NCBI GenBank assembly: GCA_946965045.2
Contig: OX337235.1
Location: 3,748,028 to 3,812,027, forward strand
Source of the DNA: Epithemia pelagica
Taxonomy: Eukaryota > Protista > Bacillariophyta
Direction: 5' to 3'
Length of the DNA: 64,000 nucleotides
Shown here: positions 54,745 to 64,000 of the stretch, one piece after another
Layout of the letters: every line of letters starts with the position of its first letter
Position numbering within the stretch: the first letter of the stretch is position 1
Program-made: the position numbers and the translations under genes
Notes under the pieces: model-generated
Told to the model about the DNA's origin: nothing
The model's input: only the letters and a program-made list of their open reading frames with translations
Database searches by the model: none

Positions 54745-55851
54745 ATGACCACGGCACTGAAAGAACAAGCATGGGAGTCGGGACTTTTCCTTTCGGAAGA
54801 GAGAGTCGAATGGAATGAAAACGATTGGCCCCCTCTCGAAGGAGGATGGCGTTCCCATCATGCATCGGTCGTACTCGATCATACGGTCGTCGTGTTGGGA
54901 GGACTAAAACAAGAAGGTACCACCAAATCCGTTCTTGGATTGAATTTAGGAGACCCAAACAAGCAGTGGCGACAAGGGCCATCCATGAACCAGAGTCGTC
55001 GTGATTATGCCGCTGTTGTCTGCAATGGAGGCATCTACGTGATGGGAGGATTCAATGGATATTCAAGGTTGGATTGCATGGAGCGAATTGATGGCAACGA
55101 TTTGCTGCAATCGTCTTTAGCAACAAACAGCGCACACGAGAGCCATTGGACGACATTAAATTGTCGCCTATCAACGGAACGAAATGGATGTTGTGCTGTT
55201 GCGGTTCACAACCGGTATATCGTGGTAATAGGCGGATGGAACTCAGTGCAAAGCTCGTCGTCGGTGGATATCATTGATACCAGCAGCCAAACTCTTTTTG
55301 CGGGGCCAATTATGAGCGTTCCAAGAGTATGTTGTTCCAGTGCGGTCGTTGGTCACCGCATCTTTGTTGTTGGAGGCTCGACAGTAGAGTATTTGGAGTT
55401 TGGAACGCCTAGTGACAACCAAGCGAGAAACGACACTCTGACTCCATTCATTTCCTCCTTGTGTGGCTGGACGACTCACTCTGATCTTGTACTTTCGGCC
55501 TCGCGAGATTCTTGTGCAGTGGTTACCGTGGGATCCTGTCTGGTGGTGGCGGGAGGACGAGGCAACTCAACGGTTGAAATCTTGGATACGATGCGCAACC
55601 GCGTGTGGGACCTCCCACCATTCAAGAATGGTCGTGAAGACTGCTCGATGGTGACTGTTGCCAATCAAGTTGCCGTGATTGGTGGATGGCATAATCCATC
55701 CTGTGCGACATTACGACTCATGGACAAGAATACGTGGTGCTTTCGTCAACTCTGTGAGCAGCCTCGGATTGAATGGTATCATGGTCTGGAAAGATTGTTC
55801 AACGAAGATGTCAATGATACATCCTGCTCCATCTCGTCGTCGATTCTGTAA
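54745..55851 (+). CDS. Kelch-repeat protein K6, 368 aa, slightly shortened by a TAA near the C-terminus
   Basis: Family ATG context GGAACCATG; all blades open; paralogs read LKRLRT where this copy stops. Confidence 0.85.
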   Translation: MTTALKEQAWESGLFLSEERVEWNENDWPPLEGGWRSHHASVVLDHTVVVLGGLKQEGTTKSVLGLNLGDPNKQWRQGPSMNQSRRDYAAVVCNGGIYVMGGFNGYSRLDCMERIDGNDLLQSSLATNSAHESHWTTLNCRLSTERNGCCAVAVHNRYIVVIGGWNSVQSSSSVDIIDTSSQTLFAGPIMSVPRVCCSSAVVGHRIFVVGGSTVEYLEFGTPSDNQARNDTLTPFISSLCGWTTHSDLVLSASRDSCAVVTVGSCLVVAGGRGNSTVEILDTMRNRVWDLPPFKNGREDCSMVTVANQVAVIGGWHNPSCATLRLMDKNTWCFRQLCEQPRIEWYHGLERLFNEDVNDTSCSISSSIL

Positions 55852-57370
55852 CGATTGAGGACCTTTGATTATTGTGATTGTGACAAAGGGAAGGATGACA
55901 GTTGAAATGTGCAACAGCTTACATGGCCAAGAGCCCGTAAACTATATCAGGTGGCCATTATAAGCTCGTGCTAAAGAGGTGATTGTGTTTATCCTTGATG
56001 GTGTTGTGAATCATATACGTTAATGAAAAGCCCTTAATCACTATATCATTAAAGAAGTGGCTTGCTCTGCCGGAAAAGACATAACAGTAGACTGAGATCA
56101 AAGAGCAACTCCTAGCATGTTACAAAGCATATGACCGCACATGAATTTCCTTCTGAAGCCATGACGTTGGTGACAGTCGGTCGGACCCATCCGCCATGGC
56201 CAGCTATCCTTGTAGTTGATTGTGGGCGACCTACTAGACAAAAGGGTTAGATCAACATGTTCGTTAGTAGAGCAGGAGGAAAAGGACAAGAAGGTGAAGC
56301 CATGTTGATCTTTGTGGACTGTGTGCCAAGATTGGGAGCCATGAAGGACAACACGTCGAAGTCGACAAGTCTCCAATGACAGAGTCTATATTGGAACCAT
56401 CTTGTGTGGTGGTTGGTGGAGAAGAACGGTCATGTTTGCCCTCGTGATTGCCATTGGTGATGGTTCGTGGCAGAAGACAAACAGTCTGATAACAACAAGA
56501 GGTGGCCATTTGTAGCGAAAAAATCCTCTTGTGATTCGTGCATCAAAAATAGCATTGAACGAAAGAGGAATAACCGAGGAGGTCGGCGGCACGGGCGATC
56601 TTGGCTCTTGGAGAAAGAAAACCAATTCAAAAAGAGGCTTTCGGGAGGTGTTGATCTCATTCAATGGATGTATTGGTTGTTTTATCCATCCTGTCTGTTT
56701 CGTGGACTGGTTGCACTGGAACGGCATTGAAACTCGTGTTGGTATTACTACCAGTCGCCAGTATTCTCATTTCGGAAGTTTTATGGACATTGCCGGTCAC
56801 ATCACCTATGGACTCTTCGTGCAATCGGTGTGATTCGATTGCGGTCGTCATTTCCTGTGGCGTCATATTCCCCCAATCATGCAAGCCGACAAGCGACAAG
56901 TGCGTTAATATGACCCAGCTCCGAGTAGCGTGTACCCTGGCGAAAGCACGTCTCGTGCGACCCACCATAATGTGTTGGTCATGATTCGAGATGAAGCATC
57001 GTCATTCTCCTCTCCTTTGTCGTCGTTGTTGTCATTCATGCTGGGTCCAAATTCATCCGATTCGCAAAGCTCTATTGAATTGTCGCTGTTGACTCGTGTT
57101 GTTGCTGTGGGTGGTGGATGGTTCCCCCTTCTTGGAGCCACAAATTACTCGACGCGGTAAAAGTAGAGGTGGTGCTATAATGTGTCGGTCGTTTGGGTTT
57201 GCGGTGCGGGTGGCCCTTGTTCCAAATCACGAACTGGTTGTGGGAGTCGCCATTTGGTCCACCAATGATTGATGCGTCAATCGAACCATTCATTTGTTCC
57301 AATTAGTTGCGCGAAGGAGGACAAAACGGGATGCCTGTTGTGCATGTGACGAGTGTTGTTGGTGGATTGT

Positions 57371-57650
57371 TGCTAGAACACTTTAAGACTGGCCTATTAG
57401 GTTTGCTTTTCCCAAACTTATGATCTCCTTACTAATATTTTGTTTTCGTTATCCTAATCGTATTCTGTGTTTGTTTGTGTCCCCGTGGGAGTAAGACCTA
57501 TTTCGACTCCCATTCATCTGACCTGATCCCGTACATAGTTTCCCCAGTAGTCGAATCCCAAGGCGCTAATCCCGACCGTTATAGAGGCCACAGCGCTAAT
57601 CCCGACCGTTATAAGGGCGACCATCAGTCAGGCCACAATGGGTTCTAACA
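57371..57650 (-). repeat. 3' LTR of D
   Basis: TGTTAGAAC...GTTCTAGCA; duplicated 21-mer at 57563-57583 and 57593-57613. Confidence 0.97.
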
Positions 57651-57670
57651 CCCTCCCCTTGTGGCTGACT

Positions 57671-60600
57671 TCAATCGGCCACAAAGACCAACCCATGACG
57701 AAGAAAGGTGGGACCATCAAGATTCTTGGTGAAGAGGTCCGCAGAATTGTCGTCAGTGCTGATCCAGTTGCATTTGAGAATTCCTTCTTCCTTGAGTTCT
57801 CGAAGGAAGAACATTCGGACATCAATGTGACGTGTCCGACCACCAACTGCCCACGAATTGATGATATCTTTCCCCCCTTTGTTGTCCATTTCAAGTAGCA
57901 TGGGTAGTTTCACCTTAAGCCCCATGCTGAGAATAATTTGCCGAGCGAACAACATTGTCTGCACACAGTCCACAGCAGCCACCAATTCGGCTTCCGTAAC
58001 GCTCAGGGTTATGATGCTCTGAGTCTTGCTTTTCGTTTGAATAGGTGCACCGTTGAGAAACACCAAAATTCCACTAACACTCTTGCGATCGTGCTGTTTC
58101 GCGTAGTCACTGTCTGAACGGCCGCTGATCTCAAACTCGTAATCGGCTGTTCCATCCCACTGTCCCTCTGGTTTTAGCAAAAGACCGCGCTGTTTGGTTG
58201 AGACGCAGTATTCCATCAAGCGCCGCATTGCCTTATCATGCGCAAGAGAAGGTTCCTGCATGAACCGACTCAAATCTCGAACGGCATTTGAAATGTCAGG
58301 GCGACTCCATTTCATTAAGTACAACAGTTTCCCAATCCCGGACCGAACTCGAAATGTGCCCTTAGCATCCAAACGCGAACTCTCATCACCAGCTTGTAGT
58401 GTACTGTGCGGTACAGCAGGTGTTTTCGATGTACCCTCCCCCACTCCAAATTCGTCCCCAAAGCTGCGAAGAAGAACTGGTTGGGTAATTTTGACTGTGC
58501 GTTGTTCAGTACAAAATTCAATCTTGGCCCCCAAATATTCATCCAACGGTCCAATATCATCAACATCAACCTTTCCCTTGAAGATTTCACGGAAATGCAT
58601 AACTCCGTCTTTATTGCCCATCAGAATTATATCGTCAATGTAGGACAGAAACAAGATAAGCCCAAATTGCGTCCAAGCAAAATACAAGCAAGGGTCGGCT
58701 TTGCTGCGATCAAAGCCCATACTCTGCATCAATTTCAACAGAAATTCCCAAAACATCTTAGCGGCTTGCTTGCATCCATAGAGCGTCTTCAACAGAAGCA
58801 ACAACCAACCGTAGGGATAGAATTTCTCAAAACCTCTTGGGACTTCCATTGCCACGTTGTGTTGAGATCGAAAACCACATTTTAGAAAAGCCCCTTTAAC
58901 GTCCATTAAATGAGCGTACCACCCAGCCAAAATCATCATCACAAAGGCAATTTTCACGGTGAGTTCGTTGACCACCGGTGCGAATAAATCATCACGGTCG
59001 TACGACACTCCTTCGCGTTGCTTGAAACCCCGAGCTGCCAAACGAGCACGATACTTTCCACTGGCCTTTTTCTTCATAGACCAAGTCGAATCGATGATGT
59101 CGCAATTGGGAGGCAAATCTTCTTTCCGAATGGGAACCCAAACGCCACAATCAATCATGCGTTGGTGTTCTTCATCGACTGACTTCACCCATGCATCCTT
59201 GTCGGCTTGGGCCATTGCCTCATCGAAGGTCATCACCTTGAGCTCTTTTGTGTTCGTGATGCCTTGCCCCAATCCGGCACCCACCATAGCCAATTCTTCA
59301 TCCATAAAGCTATCGGCATCAGAGTCCAATGCCTGAAGGGCATGGTAGTAATTCTGTTCTGCTTTGGACAACACGACTTGTCCAATTTCAGCAATCAACC
59401 GTTGTGGTGCTCGTACGGTACGACCTGTTCGCGTCGTCGTTGTTTCATCAGGCTCCGGAATCACAATATTCCGCACTGGAGCCGTGGATTCGTCATTGCC
59501 TGTGCTCATGTTCACCTCAGGCATCGGATCATCCGGTTCATATTCATTGTTGGAGTTGTTATCGTCCACATTGCCGTCGTTTCCGCCATGGTCGTCTTGG
59601 CCATCGTTTTCGCGACCACTTCCGCGACTCTCCCCGTGATTCGATGCAGCCTCAGCATCCACGACTGGATTGGTTTGTAGTTCCTTGGCATTAGGAGGTT
59701 TCTTGTAGTATAGCCGCTTTAGCCAAGTCACGTCGCGTGATTCCCGAACACGACCCGTTTTGGGATCAAACATCCGATAACAGTCACCCGGATGATTACG
59801 TGCATACCCAACGAAGAAACAATGTACTCCTTTGTCCATCAATTTCGGGGAAGTTTTAGTCTTGATCTTGACCGTTCCGGCTTCCCCCCATACTCGCAAG
59901 TGTTTCGCGAACGTTGGCACTTTCCCCCAAATGTGTTCGTATCGAGTCGCAGATCTTCCCCCATGATCCACAACAACCAAGCCGTCCAAAAGCGTTGCCG
60001 TCATGCAAGCCTCGTGCCACAACTTGAAGCGGATTTCGATGGGGATATTAGCACGGTGCATCTTCGCACGTGCTCGATTCATCACGGTAGCAAATCCCAC
60101 CTCAGCGATAGAATTCTGCTGGGGTGTATCACGGGCAGTGAACTCGAAATGGATTCCAAGCTGCCACTTTTCATTTTGACACCGTTTCTGCAAGGCCTTG
60201 TTCTCGCCTGCATTGTCCAACCGAAGGTGAGTGATGGACACACCATGTTGTTTCATCAATGCCATTTTCTCACATGTGTCCTCTGGCATCTCATCTTTCG
60301 CATCATAGAACTCGGAAAGCTTGAGCTGGACTTTTGGATGGACCACCAAGATCCTCCACTGCGGCTTCGACGGAATTGGCATGTCTGGCTTCTTCTTGAT
60401 CGAGGCCATGTCGAGGTAAGCACGAAGTTGTTTCTCGTCATCGTGTTCCCTGTCATCTTCTCCGTTCTCATTTCGCGGCAAGTTCTTCTGTTTTGCCTTT
60501 CCAGCTGCGCAAGCTGCACATTTTGGCATCGTTGTCTTGGTGAGTTTCCATCCAAGTTTCTTGGCTGTTTCGATTACCGCTTTCTCTCCGATGTGACCCA

Positions 60601-62341
60601 GTTTCTCATGAGCCTGTTCCATTGTCATCTTGATTTGTTCTTCACTTGTCGCTGCGTTTCCCAACTCGGTCCTTTCAAAATACGCGGCAAAAATCACTCC
60701 CTTGGGCGTTTGGATCTTGATATCAAAGATGATTTCTTGCCCATTCTTGGTAAGTCGGATTGACTGTTTGTCTCCTTCCAATTTCCATCCACTCATCTGC
60801 ATTTTTGTGATGCTGAACAGGTTGAATCCACCGCTTGGAACCACGCTTACGTCTTGCATCTTCACACGGTTGAGCGCGTTTCCATTCTTGTCGTGTAACA
60901 CTCCAGGTAAGTTGCCAACTTCCACGACCTTTTCTGTTTTATTGTTGCCCATGGTGATCCCTTTCTCATCATGTTGTTTCTTCACATCAACCATTCCGAC
61001 GCGAAACGGAGTCATATGCGTCGTCGCTCCTGTGTCTGCGATCCATACATTCGGATCTGTCAGGAGACTTTGGATGGCTGGGAATTCCATCTCTTTCGCC
61101 ATACCAGCACAGCAGATCTCCCTGTCAACTTCATCTTCATCGTCATCGGATACAACAATCAACGAGTCGTCGACGCTTTCATCGTCCTCTTCACCCAACA
61201 AACTGATCCAATCGAGGTCTTCATCGTCGTCTCTTGTCTCTTCGTCGTCGGTGTCGCTCACGATCTCGTGATCGAGTACCGAATCGGGAAGTTCTTCGTA
61301 TTCGTTGTGTTCATCCTCGTCATCGGTGTCCAACCACACCATGTTCCGAGGGATCAATTGAGGTAAGTCGACCGCACAAGTGATGTTTTCAACGCTGCCT
61401 TCGCCATCCGTCTCACCACTGTCCTTTGCCACTTTGCCATGCTCCTCGACCTTGTACCATTCGGGCCTCTTGTCTTTGTTCTCTGGTTTTATCCAGCAGT
61501 CTGCGGCCTTGTGCCCGACCTTTCCGCAATGATGGCACTTGCCCTTGAATTTGTAAGTCTTCTTACCGTCACCTTTCCCACTTTTCTTGCTTGACTTGGA
61601 CTTTCCTGACGTTGAACCTTGTTTGTCTCCAGCTGCGAGACCAATCTCGTTGTCTTCGTCTCCGTCGTCTTGCAGGAAATTCTTGGTGCGCTGACCATAA
61701 AGTGCACGCCAGTGCAACCGCATAACGTCTTCGATGTGGTCCGACGTCAATGTTGAACCCCGCTGGCGTTGTTCCGACACAATAATCGACTGGTATTCTC
61801 GCGGAGCTGCTTCAATCGCAATTGCAATTTTCTCCTCATCATCAACCGTCACGTTGAACATATTTTCAATCTGCCCAATTTGGCTGAACAGAGTAGTCGG
61901 ATCTTCTTTCTTGGTCATGGCCACTTTACCCAACAACCTTCGCATCTCGATCTTCGATACAGTGTCTGTCGGCTTGAATCTCTTGTGCAATGCAGCAATC
62001 ACCTTCCAGGCCAAACCATCGGGCCATTCATCCGTCTGAGCTTCAGTCAACATTCGGATCATTTGAGGGCTCGTCATCGCAAGGTTCAAGGCACAAAAGG
62101 CTGCCGCATTCTTCTTCTTGGCCAAAGCTTGTTTTCCAGCCACCGTTGTATCGGTATCAAGAGGTGAATCATCCCGCAAAGGCAAGTCAGTGTCAGGCCC
62201 ATCTTTGCTGATCGCCGACTTGAATCCATGCGCAACTGCATATGAACGAAAGTTCATGAACCAAACTTGGAAATTTTCGTGCTTTCCATCGAACGTTTGC
62301 AAACGTAGGTGCTTCAGTGATAAGTCGTCTACCGTAGCCAT
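57671..62341 (-). CDS. gag-pol: Gag-Pol polyprotein of D (1556 aa)
   Basis: CHHCGKVGHKAADC knuckle, IADTGAT protease, HEKLGH..C..C, LDNAGE/NSIAE integrase, YIDD RT, SDSDYA/ADLFTK RNase H. Confidence 0.97.
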   Translation of the reverse strand: MATVDDLSLKHLRLQTFDGKHENFQVWFMNFRSYAVAHGFKSAISKDGPDTDLPLRDDSPLDTDTTVAGKQALAKKKNAAAFCALNLAMTSPQMIRMLTEAQTDEWPDGLAWKVIAALHKRFKPTDTVSKIEMRRLLGKVAMTKKEDPTTLFSQIGQIENMFNVTVDDEEKIAIAIEAAPREYQSIIVSEQRQRGSTLTSDHIEDVMRLHWRALYGQRTKNFLQDDGDEDNEIGLAAGDKQGSTSGKSKSSKKSGKGDGKKTYKFKGKCHHCGKVGHKAADCWIKPENKDKRPEWYKVEEHGKVAKDSGETDGEGSVENITCAVDLPQLIPRNMVWLDTDDEDEHNEYEELPDSVLDHEIVSDTDDEETRDDDEDLDWISLLGEEDDESVDDSLIVVSDDDEDEVDREICCAGMAKEMEFPAIQSLLTDPNVWIADTGATTHMTPFRVGMVDVKKQHDEKGITMGNNKTEKVVEVGNLPGVLHDKNGNALNRVKMQDVSVVPSGGFNLFSITKMQMSGWKLEGDKQSIRLTKNGQEIIFDIKIQTPKGVIFAAYFERTELGNAATSEEQIKMTMEQAHEKLGHIGEKAVIETAKKLGWKLTKTTMPKCAACAAGKAKQKNLPRNENGEDDREHDDEKQLRAYLDMASIKKKPDMPIPSKPQWRILVVHPKVQLKLSEFYDAKDEMPEDTCEKMALMKQHGVSITHLRLDNAGENKALQKRCQNEKWQLGIHFEFTARDTPQQNSIAEVGFATVMNRARAKMHRANIPIEIRFKLWHEACMTATLLDGLVVVDHGGRSATRYEHIWGKVPTFAKHLRVWGEAGTVKIKTKTSPKLMDKGVHCFFVGYARNHPGDCYRMFDPKTGRVRESRDVTWLKRLYYKKPPNAKELQTNPVVDAEAASNHGESRGSGRENDGQDDHGGNDGNVDDNNSNNEYEPDDPMPEVNMSTGNDESTAPVRNIVIPEPDETTTTRTGRTVRAPQRLIAEIGQVVLSKAEQNYYHALQALDSDADSFMDEELAMVGAGLGQGITNTKELKVMTFDEAMAQADKDAWVKSVDEEHQRMIDCGVWVPIRKEDLPPNCDIIDSTWSMKKKASGKYRARLAARGFKQREGVSYDRDDLFAPVVNELTVKIAFVMMILAGWYAHLMDVKGAFLKCGFRSQHNVAMEVPRGFEKFYPYGWLLLLLKTLYGCKQAAKMFWEFLLKLMQSMGFDRSKADPCLYFAWTQFGLILFLSYIDDIILMGNKDGVMHFREIFKGKVDVDDIGPLDEYLGAKIEFCTEQRTVKITQPVLLRSFGDEFGVGEGTSKTPAVPHSTLQAGDESSRLDAKGTFRVRSGIGKLLYLMKWSRPDISNAVRDLSRFMQEPSLAHDKAMRRLMEYCVSTKQRGLLLKPEGQWDGTADYEFEISGRSDSDYAKQHDRKSVSGILVFLNGAPIQTKSKTQSIITLSVTEAELVAAVDCVQTMLFARQIILSMGLKVKLPMLLEMDNKGGKDIINSWAVGGRTRHIDVRMFFLRELKEEGILKCNWISTDDNSADLFTKNLDGPTFLRHGLVFVAD

Positions 62342-62364
62342 TGTTGTCTTGAGCGATCTCCTTT

Positions 62365-62376
62365 CGCTTCGAAGCG
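62365..62376 (-). promoter_or_regulatory. PBS position of D occupied by the perfect palindrome CGCTTCGAAGCG
   Basis: Directly abuts the 5' LTR end at 62377. Confidence 0.5.
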
Positions 62377-62656
62377 TGCTAGAACACTTTAAGACTGGCC
62401 TATTAGGTTTGCTTTTCCCAAACTTATGATCTCATTACTAATATTTTGTTTTCGTTATCCTAATCGTATTCTGTGTTTGTTTGTGTCCCCGTGGGAGTAA
62501 GACCTATTTCGACTCCCATTCATCTGACCTGATCCCGTACATAGTTTCCCCAGTAGTCGAATCCCAAGGCGCTAATCCCGACCGTTATAGAGGCCACAGC
62601 GCTAATCCCGACCGTTATAAGGGCGACCATCAGTCAGGCCACAATGGGTTCTAACA
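62377..62656 (-). repeat. 5' LTR of D
   Basis: 280 bp, 279/280 identical to the 3' LTR by eye. Confidence 0.97.
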
Positions 62657-63156
62657 ATTGTCAAAACGTGAAAGTGACTATCCAACTGCGCGTCTCAACT
62701 CGAAAGAGGATCTGTCGTCACGGCAGCGCACATCCCATGTTCTTCATCGTCCTCCTTGTCAAGTAAACAACGACAGATGTCACCAGGAAGAAAACTCTCA
62801 CCACAATAGTACTCAGAAACGATCCATTTGACCGATCAATGATGTAAAGGCAAAAACACCACACAAAGATAATAGATGGATCACACTGAGGGGCGTGTCA
62901 TGTAGTTTATGTGCGATTTATGATGTCGCTTTGTGGTCGCGCATATTTTCGTCGCAGAAAATGAAACCACTGGCGCGCGGTCCCACTCTAACGCCAGGCA
63001 AGCCGTCGACCGACGCGCCCGGCCTGAACAACAGGCGTTCTTGCTCTGGCTCCGCAGTCAGTCGCAGTTGCCCATACACAGTTTTTGCACCACACAAACG
63101 ACAATGGGGACAATGGACTCGTCCATAATTATCTCAAGTTCCAATTTCCATCCAAC

Positions 63157-63180
63157 CATCATCATCATCATCATCATCAT
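63157..63180 (+). repeat. (CAT)8 microsatellite
   Basis: Direct reading. Confidence 0.95.
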
Positions 63181-63229
63181 TACATGCATTGCACAACTGC
63201 AGCAATCGTATCGGAAACCTGTCGCTGCT

Positions 63230-64000
63230 TGTCGTAAAACACACCGAACCAAGTTGTAATGGTCCATGCACCAAAATAGCAAGCCATGTTGCGACACGTC
63301 AGCAGCACGACCCTGGTACTTTGTATTGTATTGCTGGGTTTCTACAGCGTCGTAACCGACCTGAGCCAGTGCCACTACTACATCGACATGCACCAATCAT
63401 GCTGGACTTCGAGGCGTTCCACCATCGTCGTGTTCATTCATCAATAAGTGCAAGAAGATGAAAGGTCCAAGCATTGGAGCAATCTCGTCTCTCAAGTGAC
63501 ATGGCCATGTTGTCCGTGTCACAAAAACCATATGATCGCAGTGTGGAATCGCACGGGTGGAACTTTTGTCAATGTTGCAACACCAACACGGCCAATGACA
63601 TTTCGTCGACAAATGCATTAACAAGTAGCAGGATGGAACAACAACAGGTCGAATCGCTGTGGACAACGAACAACTACCGACATGTAAACTGTCTACTTCA
63701 AGCAAAAGTTCTTTCCCGACTCTCCATGTCTCCATCCAGGGCCTGTGCAGTGTCGTCGCTTCTCCGTCGACTCGGCATTCGTTGGGAACCAACAACCAGA
63801 CAGACTGTGGAACGTTTTCATTACATGATTGTAACACGGCACTACAGTACTCTACCGCTCATTGCAAGTGGCATCCGCAACCACCTCAAACTGACGGAAA
63901 TAAATCGCACCACAATTCTGTAATTCTTGTTCTGCGAGTCGTGTGAGGATACCAGAACGTGGATGTCTGTTTCGCCGTGAGGTTTATTATTTCGGTATCC
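63230..64000 (+). repeat. Kelch-cassette upstream block
   Basis: Similar to 49200-50165; the last ~150 nt are nearly identical to 50010-50165. Confidence 0.8.

Larger units (their letters stand above)
57371..62656 (-). mobile_element. Ty1/copia LTR retrotransposon, family D; intact
   Basis: 280-bp LTRs with 1 mismatch; TSD ATTGT at 57366-57370 and 62657-62661; PPT AAGGGGAGGG at 57651-57660; single ORF. Confidence 0.98.

Overview
Eukaryotic, repeat-saturated window, most likely from a diatom (inferred from the CoDi-like Ty1/copia proteins). About half is mobile DNA. There are five Ty1/copia LTR retrotransposons of four families (A1 1-6152, B 9999-16599, C 20673-29878, A2 32859-39075, D 57371-62656), all young, with near-identical LTRs. 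A two-ORF PIF/Harbinger transposon sits inside the 3' LTR of C, and a long-TIR non-autonomous element lies at 16661-18097. The host background is a degenerate tandem/inverted array of intronless Kelch beta-propeller cassettes (7 copies or fragments). It also holds a Crinkler-header protease gene, two LRR/Tudor-like pseudogene paralogs, and a 3'-truncated SMYD-type SET gene plus a spliced cPLA2/patatin-like gene enclosed by a 1.35-kb direct duplication. A 200-N scaffold gap lies at 51822-52021. Most notable: none of the four copia families has a canonical TGG primer-binding site. Family C shows a perfect 14-nt Tf1-like self-priming signature. Family A shows a tRNAiMet D-arm-like PBS plus an in-frame gag-UGA-pol junction followed by an 8-nt spacer and a hairpin (readthrough-like). 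Family B shows an anticodon-arm (half-tRNA, GAU/IAU) PBS, and family D a 12-nt palindrome. No rRNA, tRNA gene or CRISPR array was seen. All family and domain calls are by eye from motifs; no searches were run.
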